A stretch of DNA of 52,626 nucleotides. Source: a virus. Lineage: Duplodnaviria; Caudoviricetes. Below, in pieces: positions 46,436 to 52,626 of the stretch. The translations under genes were made by a program, and so were the position numbers. Positions within the stretch are counted from its first letter, which is position 1. Every line of letters begins with the position of its first letter. Location: the IMG/VR virus record IMGVR_UViG_3300032332_000345, positions 1 through 52,626 of that record; one strand, written 5' to 3'. The notes beneath the pieces are model-generated. The model saw only the letters and a program-made list of their open reading frames with translations, was not told the origin of the DNA and did not search any database.

Positions 46436-46513
46436 ATGAAAGCATGGACTAAACCAGCAGCAACTGAAATGAGATTTGGCTTTGAAGTGACGATGTACGT
46501 AATGAACAAGTAA
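46436..46513 (+). CDS. pqqA: Pyrroloquinoline quinone precursor peptide PqqA (25 aa; not in track)
   Basis: MKAWTKPAATEMRFGFEVTMYVMNK with the W-x-x-P leader and E-x-x-x-Y core; AGGAGA RBS; own terminator. Confidence 0.96.
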   Translation: MKAWTKPAATEMRFGFEVTMYVMNK

Positions 46514-46532
46514 TGATATAATGGTTTGAACT

Positions 46533-46560
46533 AAGGGGCACTTAGGTGCCCTTTTTCTTT
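46533..46560 (+). terminator. Rho-independent terminator after pqqA
   Basis: GGGGCAC-TTAG-GTGCCCT-TTTTCTTT. Confidence 0.85.
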
Positions 46561-46570
46561 AGGAGCCGCT

Positions 46571-46990
46571 ATGCCATTTAAAGACGCAGAAAAAGCTAAA
46601 GCCTACATGAAAGAGTATCATGCAACGTGGTACCAACAAAATAAAGAAAAACGTACTAAACAAATAACTGAATATCAAAAAACTAAACCAGAAGGATGGC
46701 AAAAAGCTATTGGGCGAAAGTGTCATCTAAAACAACGTTACAATGTAACACCTCAAGAATACGAATCTATGCTAGAAGCACAAAATTATAAATGTGCTAT
46801 ATGTGGTAAAGATGCTGCTGAAAGCAAAAGAGGAGACAAAATAGAATCATTACATATAGACCATTGTCATAAAACTAAAAAGATTAGAGGATTATTATGT
46901 CATACATGTAATACAGGTTTAGGGCATTTTAAAGATAAAGTAGAAAATCTTCTGAAAGCCGTAGATTACCTGCACAAACACGTGCTATAA
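46571..46990 (+). CDS. Endonuclease VII-like HNH endonuclease (free-standing)
   Basis: QNYKCAIC...LHIDHCH...IRGLLCHTCNTGLG; AGGAG RBS. Confidence 0.9.
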   Translation: MPFKDAEKAKAYMKEYHATWYQQNKEKRTKQITEYQKTKPEGWQKAIGRKCHLKQRYNVTPQEYESMLEAQNYKCAICGKDAAESKRGDKIESLHIDHCHKTKKIRGLLCHTCNTGLGHFKDKVENLLKAVDYLHKHVL

Positions 46991-47029
46991 TACTTGCAAA
47001 TAATATGTATTCATGTATTATTTGAATAT

Positions 47030-47102
47030 CCGGGTATATCCGGTTTATTAGACTGTCCCGGCAGACGCATACAAGACTAATAGACTTAACTTTGTATGGA
47101 GA
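47030..47102 (+). ncRNA. Predicted structured cis-regulatory RNA leader (pseudoknots)
   Basis: Three complementary pairs: 47030-34/47057-61, 47043-51/47077-85, 47068-74/47092-98; promoter-like TTGCAA-N16-TATTAT just upstream. Confidence 0.55.
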
Positions 47103-47110
47103 AATATATT

Positions 47111-47590
47111 ATGTCATCAACAACCTTTTCGGGTCCAGTGACGTCTACAGCCGGTTTTATTACAGGTACAGGCGTTAATTCAACAGTTACAGCATCAACA
47201 TTAACAGTAACTCAAGCAGACTATAATGGCCAAACTATTGGTTTAAGTCGTGCAGCGGGTATCACAGTTACATTGCCAGCAGCTACTGGTACAAATGCTG
47301 TTTATAGATTCTTAGTGACAACAACAGTTACATCTAACAGCTACAAAATTCAAGTAGCTAACGCAACAGATGTAATTAGCGGCGCATTAAACGTTGCAGG
47401 TACAACAGGTACTCCATTTGGAACTCTTCCAGCTTCTGATACAATCACAATGAACGGTACCACAACTGGTGGCGTTGCAGGTTCATACGTTGAAATTATT
47501 GACGTTGCAACAGGTATATTTGTTATTACTGCTGGCGGTCTTATTGGCTCTGGTACTGTAGCTACACCATTCTCTGCAGCTGTAAGTTAA
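47111..47590 (+). CDS. Thr/Gly-rich virion structural protein
   Basis: GGAGA RBS before MSSTTFSGPV; VTLPAATG motif. Confidence 0.7.
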   Translation: MSSTTFSGPVTSTAGFITGTGVNSTVTASTLTVTQADYNGQTIGLSRAAGITVTLPAATGTNAVYRFLVTTTVTSNSYKIQVANATDVISGALNVAGTTGTPFGTLPASDTITMNGTTTGGVAGSYVEIIDVATGIFVITAGGLIGSGTVATPFSAAVS

Positions 47591-47639
47591 TTAATCACTG
47601 GGGGCGCCTAGCCCCCTTACTAAACAAAGGAGATTAATT

Positions 47640-48152
47640 ATGGCTATGCAATATGATGTAAAACAAGCGCATTTAAATTCTAGTGGGTATCTAGTTAAAT
47701 ATCCTGTTCGTGTTAAAGGGTTATCGTATACTGGCACAGCTACTGCTGGATATGTAGTTTTATTTGATACATCGACAACACCTGTTTCATCAGGCGTAAC
47801 TTATGCACGATCTGGTACAACTGTAACAGTAACAAAAACAGCTCATGGATTAATTACCGGTGATGTTATTGGTATTCACTTCTTATCAAATTCTGGTGTT
47901 TCAGCTACTGATGGTACATATTCTATTACTAGAACAACTGCTGATGCATTCACTTTAGTTGATATTAATACAGGTACTATTTCTAGCACTGCAGCTATAT
48001 ATGTTGTAGGTAAATGGCTTATGACTTACGAACCCGCAGCTACTGATGTATTTGCCAACGTTCCTTATATTCCGGGTGAAGGTGTACGAGCTGAAACAGG
48101 CGTGTATGCTGAAATGTCTAACGTGGATTCAGTACAAATATTCTATGGCTAG
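47640..48152 (+). CDS. Virion structural protein with inserted small beta-domain
   Basis: AAGGAGA RBS; TVTVTKTAHGLITGDVI...YSITRTTADAFTL. Confidence 0.65.
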   Translation: MAMQYDVKQAHLNSSGYLVKYPVRVKGLSYTGTATAGYVVLFDTSTTPVSSGVTYARSGTTVTVTKTAHGLITGDVIGIHFLSNSGVSATDGTYSITRTTADAFTLVDINTGTISSTAAIYVVGKWLMTYEPAATDVFANVPYIPGEGVRAETGVYAEMSNVDSVQIFYG

Positions 48153-48405
48153 TAAGAAAAAAGGTCCTAGCCTAGCAATCGGACGTGGTGAGAAACTTCC
48201 TGTATCGAAAGGTGCAGGACTCACGGCTAAGGGTCGTGCAAAATATAACGCAGCTACTGGGTCAAACCTCAAGGCTCCTCAACCACAAGGTGGCGCTCGT
48301 AAGAGATCGTTTTGTGCTAGGATGTCTGGTATGCCTGGTCCTATGAAAGATGAAAAAGGTAGACCGACTAGGAAAGCCGCATCACTAAAAAGGTGGAAAT
48401 GCTAA
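48145..48405 (+). CDS. Small basic protein (DUF6321-like)
   Basis: GLTAKGR...NLKAP...RKRSFCARM...SLKRWKC; start moved to ATG 48145. Confidence 0.65.
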   Translation: MASKKKGPSLAIGRGEKLPVSKGAGLTAKGRAKYNAATGSNLKAPQPQGGARKRSFCARMSGMPGPMKDEKGRPTRKAASLKRWKC

Positions 48406-48623
48406 TGAGTACAGAACGAGAACTTGCCGAACATGGTATCGAAATTAAACACATTCAAACAGACGTAGACACCCTTATGGAAGATATGAACGAGTTAAAG
48501 AAAAGGCTTGATGCTATTGAGTCTGCCCTTAACGAAATCAAAGGTGGTTGGAAAGTATTTATATTTATTGCAGGATTAGCTTCGGCAGTTGTTAGTTGGG
48601 CTGTAAATCATTGGCTTAAGTAG
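48405..48623 (+). CDS. Coiled-coil protein with C-terminal TM helix
   Basis: Heptad pattern then VFIFIAGLASAVVSWAV; TAATG coupling. Confidence 0.6.
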   Translation: MSTERELAEHGIEIKHIQTDVDTLMEDMNELKKRLDAIESALNEIKGGWKVFIFIAGLASAVVSWAVNHWLK

Positions 48624-48631
48624 GAGATACT

Positions 48632-48889
48632 ATGAAATCATTTATAGATAGAATATTTAAAAAAAGGAAACACGATGCTGAACAAATTGAAGAAAATAAA
48701 GCAATACTTAGCAAACAAATTGAAACAAGTATTAAAGAACGTGTAGTTCAAAATAAAGCTACAGAAGCTGTAGTAGAAGCAATAATTGAAGAAGTAAAAC
48801 AAGAAGTAGTTTATAAAAAACCTGGTCATTACTTTGATGATTGTAACTGTTTAAAATGTGTAAGATGGAGAAACCAAAATGCCAAGTAA
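48632..48889 (+). CDS. Hypothetical protein
   Basis: AGGAGA RBS; H..DCNCLKC C-terminus. Confidence 0.55.
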   Translation: MKSFIDRIFKKRKHDAEQIEENKAILSKQIETSIKERVVQNKATEAVVEAIIEEVKQEVVYKKPGHYFDDCNCLKCVRWRNQNAK

Positions 48890-49421
48890 ATCAAAAAAAC
48901 AACATAATTTAATGGCAGCTGTAGCTAACAACCCAGCCTTCGCTAAGAAAGTTGGTATATCAAAATCAGTAGGAGAAGAGTTTATGAAAGCAGATAAAGG
49001 CAAGAAATTCGGAGCAGGTGGATCACTAAAAGCAGTTGACTCAAGTGACAATCCTGGATTATCAAAATTACCAACGGAAGTGAGAAATAAAATGGGCTAC
49101 ATGAAAAAAGGCGGTATGGCAATGAAAAAAGGTATGAAAGAAGGCGGCATGGCTAAATCAGACATGAAAGAAGATACAAAGATGGACAAAACACAAGACA
49201 AGGCTATGATTAAAAAAGCTTTTGCTCAACATGATGCACAAGAACACAAAGGCGGCAAAGGTACTAAGTTAGCACTTAAAAAAGGCGGTATGGCTAAAGG
49301 TTGTGGTTATTCTAAAGGCGGTCAACTTGCTAAAGCTAATGGCGTTGCTGTTCGTGGTAAAACAAAAGGCACTATGGTTGCTATGCGCAGTGGCGGCAAA
49401 ACTAAATCTAAGATGTGTTAA
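48879..49421 (+). CDS. Lys/Gly/Met-rich basic protein, ADG-GKT tag family member 1
   Basis: Six hydrophobic-x-x-GG units; ANGVAVRGKTKG. Confidence 0.75.
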   Translation: MPSKSKKQHNLMAAVANNPAFAKKVGISKSVGEEFMKADKGKKFGAGGSLKAVDSSDNPGLSKLPTEVRNKMGYMKKGGMAMKKGMKEGGMAKSDMKEDTKMDKTQDKAMIKKAFAQHDAQEHKGGKGTKLALKKGGMAKGCGYSKGGQLAKANGVAVRGKTKGTMVAMRSGGKTKSKMC

Positions 49422-49423
49422 TT

Positions 49424-49756
49424 ATGGCTAATAAAGCCTTAAAAGGAAAAGAGCTTCAACAAGTATTAGAAGCGGAACGAGATAAACCAGAAGAAGGACT
49501 AGAATCTGTTCATCCTGAAATGTATATGATTCCTGGAGGCGTTGGAGCTAAAGTTATTAAAAATAGCCCTAGAATTGCCAAAGTATTAGATTTTATAGGA
49601 GCTCCACTTACTAAAAAAGCAAAGGCTACATGGGTAGCTACTGACGCTGCTTTAGGTGCTGCGGGTTATAAAAAAGGTGGTAAAATTAAATCTTCTGCTT
49701 CTAAACGAGCTGATGGAATTGCAACTAGAGGTAAAACAAAAGGAAGGATAGTGTAA
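49424..49756 (+). CDS. Basic protein, ADG-GKT tag family member 2
   Basis: YKKGG...SKRADGIATRGKTKGRIV; start moved to ATG 49424. Confidence 0.75.
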   Translation: MANKALKGKELQQVLEAERDKPEEGLESVHPEMYMIPGGVGAKVIKNSPRIAKVLDFIGAPLTKKAKATWVATDAALGAAGYKKGGKIKSSASKRADGIATRGKTKGRIV

Positions 49757-49758
49757 TT

Positions 49759-50202
49759 ATGGGAATGTTAAAAGTAGCAAGTTTAACTAAAAATATTGTA
49801 GATAAGCTAAGTAAAAACCCTGAAGCTTTATCTATGGGCGAAAGAAAACTAGTTCGCGATAATGCAATCTCAAGAGCTGAAACTACTATGGAAGATGGCG
49901 TTAAAGTTACTAAAATGCCTTACATGGGAAAAGTTGGAGAAGTAGTAGCTAAAAGACCTAAACCTACTTATCCTACAGATCAAGACGCTGCTGCGGCATT
50001 ACAAGCATACAAAGACTCTGAAAAAATAATGGCTCGCGAAATGCGGCTTGCGGATAGATTAGATCAACCTAGACAATTAACAGGTGAGTTAAGTTTTAAA
50101 AAAGGTGGCAAAGTTAAAAAAATGTCTTCAGGTGGTTCAACTGCATCTAAACGTGCAGATGGATGTGCTCAACGTGGTAAAACTCGCGGAAAGATGTGTT
50201 AA
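49759..50202 (+). CDS. Basic protein, ADG-GKT tag family member 3
   Basis: FKKGG..MSSGG..SKRADGCAQRGKTRGKMC. Confidence 0.75.
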   Translation: MGMLKVASLTKNIVDKLSKNPEALSMGERKLVRDNAISRAETTMEDGVKVTKMPYMGKVGEVVAKRPKPTYPTDQDAAAALQAYKDSEKIMAREMRLADRLDQPRQLTGELSFKKGGKVKKMSSGGSTASKRADGCAQRGKTRGKMC

Positions 50203-50204
50203 TC

Positions 50205-50429
50205 ATGGTTAAAAAAGAAGCCCCAGCACCAAAACAAACAGACTTTGATAAATCGTTTGAAGATATGAAGGCAGGTAAAATTCCAGGTCCTACAAATGAT
50301 GATAGCGGTCCATTACCTTCACCTGAACCTAAAAAAGAAACTGTTAAACCAGTTAAAAAAATGGCTAAAGGCGGTACTGCTTCATCTCGTGCTGATGGCT
50401 GCTGCGTTAGAGGAAAGACAAGAGCATAA
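50205..50429 (+). CDS. Basic protein, ADG-GKT tag family member 4
   Basis: MAKGG..SSRADGCCVRGKTRA; start moved to ATG 50205. Confidence 0.75.
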   Translation: MVKKEAPAPKQTDFDKSFEDMKAGKIPGPTNDDSGPLPSPEPKKETVKPVKKMAKGGTASSRADGCCVRGKTRA

Positions 50430-50776
50430 TGAGACCTTCACGTGGTATGGGCGCTATAATGCCTGATAAAATGCCTAAGGGTAAAAAGAAAGCCCGTAGA
50501 GATAGCACAGACTTTACTCAGTATAAAGAAGGCGGATTAGCGAAACAGGCTGCTACAGCTATTGCCATGAAAGAAAAAGGTATTAAGCCTAAAACAATGG
50601 CTACAGGCGGCAAAGTAAACGAAGCAGGTAACTACACAAAACCAGGTTTACGTAAAAGAATATTTAACAGTATTAAAGCAGCTGCCGTGCAAGGTACAGG
50701 TGCAGGTCAATGGTCAGCACGTAAAGCTCAACTCATGGCTAAACGATATAAAGCTTCAGGCGGTGGATATAAGTGA
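50429..50776 (+). CDS. Basic protein resembling the N-terminal half of DUF5872-like proteins
   Basis: NYTKPGLR...GQWSARKAQL...YK..GGGY; YKEGG and MATGG units. Confidence 0.65.
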   Translation: MRPSRGMGAIMPDKMPKGKKKARRDSTDFTQYKEGGLAKQAATAIAMKEKGIKPKTMATGGKVNEAGNYTKPGLRKRIFNSIKAAAVQGTGAGQWSARKAQLMAKRYKASGGGYK

Positions 50777-51021
50777 GCGCATTAGCTAAACCACAACGTT
50801 CACTAAAAGCATGGGGTGAACAGAAGTGGACAACTAAGTCTGGTAAAAAGTCTAGTGAAACAGGTGAAAGATACTTACCAGAAAAAGCAATAAAAGCATT
50901 AAGCCCACAAGAATATGCAGCAACAACAAAAGCAAAAAGAGCAGGTAAAGCTAAAGGTAAACAGTTTGTAGCTCAGCCTAAATCTATTAAACAAAAAGTA
51001 AAACCTTTTAGAAAAATATAA
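50773..51021 (+). CDS. Basic protein resembling the C-terminal half of DUF5872-like proteins
   Basis: QRSLKAW..QKWTT...RYLPEKA...GKQFV. Confidence 0.65.
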   Translation: MSALAKPQRSLKAWGEQKWTTKSGKKSSETGERYLPEKAIKALSPQEYAATTKAKRAGKAKGKQFVAQPKSIKQKVKPFRKI

Positions 51022-51023
51022 TC

Positions 51024-51974
51024 ATGGTAGATAGAACTACAGGGACCACGAGTTTTAACTTAGATTTAAATAATCTGGTTGAAGATGCGTTTGAACGATG
51101 CGGACAAGAGTTGCGTACTGGGTATGATCTACGTACTGCACGTCGTTCACTAAACCTACTTACGATTGAGTGGGCTAACCGCGGTATTAATATGTGGACG
51201 ATTGAACCTGGTCAAATTAATTTAAACCAAGGTCAGATTATGTATGCCTTGCCTACTGACACGATAGACCTACTTGACATGGTGACTAGAACCGGTACAG
51301 GTCAGAACCAACAAGATATTAATATTAACCGTATTAGTGAATCAACCTATATTACAATACCTAATAAGAATGCAACAGGACGTCCTATCCAAGTGTGGAT
51401 TAATAGACAAAGTGGTCAAGAGAACCCTACTGATTTATATACGGATGGCGCGGTTACTGCAACGGCTACTACAATTAACTTAACTTCTATTGTAGGTTTA
51501 GCGCAGTTTGGCTTTATTAGACTAGATAACGAAACGATTCAATATGGCGGACTTACAACGACAACAAGCGGTGCTACCACATACTACCAATTAACTGGAT
51601 GTATACGTGGTGTTAATAACACAACTGCTGCGACTCACATAACCGCTACTAGAGTATATGTACAGAACTTACCTACAGTGAATGTATGGCCAGCACCAGA
51701 TCAAAGTAATAACTATCAGTTCGTGTATTATAGATTAAGACGTATTCAAGATGCAGGTAATGGTATCACCGTAGAAGATATTCCGTTTAGATTTATTCCT
51801 TGCATGGTTGCAGGGTTAGCGGCGTATTTAGCGATGAAGTTACCTAATGTAGATCCTAATAGAATTGCAATGTTAAGAGCCGACTATGAAGCAGCGTTCC
51901 AATTAGCAGCTGATGAAGACAGAGAAAAAGCAAGTATTAGATTTGTGCCTCGTGAACAGTTTTACACAGGTTAA
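51024..51974 (+). CDS. Head-tail adaptor / tail tubular protein A-like
   Basis: ARRSLN...WANRG N-terminal helices, GRP and VWPAP motifs, C-terminal helical bundle. Confidence 0.7.
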   Translation: MVDRTTGTTSFNLDLNNLVEDAFERCGQELRTGYDLRTARRSLNLLTIEWANRGINMWTIEPGQINLNQGQIMYALPTDTIDLLDMVTRTGTGQNQQDININRISESTYITIPNKNATGRPIQVWINRQSGQENPTDLYTDGAVTATATTINLTSIVGLAQFGFIRLDNETIQYGGLTTTTSGATTYYQLTGCIRGVNNTTAATHITATRVYVQNLPTVNVWPAPDQSNNYQFVYYRLRRIQDAGNGITVEDIPFRFIPCMVAGLAAYLAMKLPNVDPNRIAMLRADYEAAFQLAADEDREKASIRFVPREQFYTG

Positions 51975-51977
51975 GTA

Positions 51978-52406
51978 ATGCCAACCAAGTACGCCAGCGC
52001 CAAGAACTCCATAGCACAATGTGACCGTTGTGGGTTTAGATATAAGTTAAAAGAACTTAAACGCTTAGTTATTAAGACAAAAAATGTTAATATACTAGTG
52101 TGTCATGAATGTTGGGAACCGGATCAGCCACAGTTACAACTAGGTATGTACCCAGTTAACGATCCGCAAGCAGTGCGTAATCCAAGACCTGATTTAGGTT
52201 ATTACCAATCGGGTTTAAATGGTTTACAGACAGATGAAACAACAGGCGTATCAACCTCACAAACAGGTGTTCCTTTAATGGGCAGTAGAGTTATACAATG
52301 GGGATACAATCCTGTAGGTGGCGCTAGTTATTTTGATGCGGCACTAACACCGAATGACTTAGTAGGAACAAGTGCACTAGGTGATGTAACAATATCAATA
52401 TCTTAA
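51978..52406 (+). CDS. Hypothetical protein with CxxC...CxxC
   Basis: CDRCGF...VCHECWEPDQPQL...NPRPD. Confidence 0.65.
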   Translation: MPTKYASAKNSIAQCDRCGFRYKLKELKRLVIKTKNVNILVCHECWEPDQPQLQLGMYPVNDPQAVRNPRPDLGYYQSGLNGLQTDETTGVSTSQTGVPLMGSRVIQWGYNPVGGASYFDAALTPNDLVGTSALGDVTISIS

Positions 52407-52417
52407 GGAGAAGTAAA

Positions 52418-52606
52418 ATGGCATATAAATCAGGCGCAGACGGTATTACTAAACAAGGTAAAACCAAAGGTAAAAATTTAGGCGATACAGGCCCTAACGT
52501 AGGAATTCAAAACGGTCCAATTAAACATACTGTTGGCAAATTAAATGCTGACATGAAAAAAATGGGTCGTGGCTTAGCTAAAATTGCAGCACAAAAAAGA
52601 GGATAA
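52418..52606 (+). CDS. Small basic protein, ADG-GKT tag family member 5 (tag at N-terminus)
   Basis: AAGGAGA RBS; MAYKSGADGITKQGKTKGK. Confidence 0.7.
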   Translation: MAYKSGADGITKQGKTKGKNLGDTGPNVGIQNGPIKHTVGKLNADMKKMGRGLAKIAAQKRG

Positions 52607-52626
52607 TAATCATGGCAGAATATAAA

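Noticed and set aside
47600-47620. GGGGGC/GCCCCC hairpin as a terminator
   Set aside because: No convincing U-tract; may be a pause or stability hairpin, so not called
48879-50429. GxxxxGKT matches read as true ATPases
   Set aside because: The motif lies at the protein end in low-complexity sequence with no Walker B or alpha/beta core; kept only as a shared tag
1-52626. Integrase, tRNA, DNA methyltransferase, reverse transcriptase/DGR, alternative genetic code
   Set aside because: No supporting motifs seen; long ORFs are intact in the standard code and all three stop codons are used; genes outside the window cannot be excluded

Overview
The window is most of the genome of an AT-rich tailed dsDNA phage with podovirus-like organisation, cut inside the holin at the left and inside the morphogenesis module at the right. 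The + strand (37916-52626, continuing 1-14344) carries terminase, portal, GroES, scaffold, major capsid, tail adaptor and nozzle, lysis and ejection proteins. The - strand (37222 down to 14341) carries early genes, a DUF3150-like/MoxR-AAA/VWA-metallopeptidase triad, TraR, DNA polymerase A, nucleases, an SNF2 helicase, SSB and a primase-helicase. I saw no integrase, tRNA or CRISPR array. Main points not in the ORF track: (1) a 25-aa pqqA gene with its own RBS and terminators right after the capsid gene, suggesting a Methylophilaceae host; (2) an array of small basic genes whose products share an A[DN]G-x4-GKT[KR] tag and hydrophobic-x-x-GG repeats, the latter also present in the ejection proteins; (3) a ~14 kb GATC-free domain over the early/replication arm, found by manual scan, with a sharp right boundary; (4) a control region (34.8-37.5 kb) with inverted iterons and IHF sites, repeated promoter boxes, repeated modules and G-tracts; (5) a predicted pseudoknotted RNA leader at 47030-47102. 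All product calls come from motif recognition and synteny; no database search was run.
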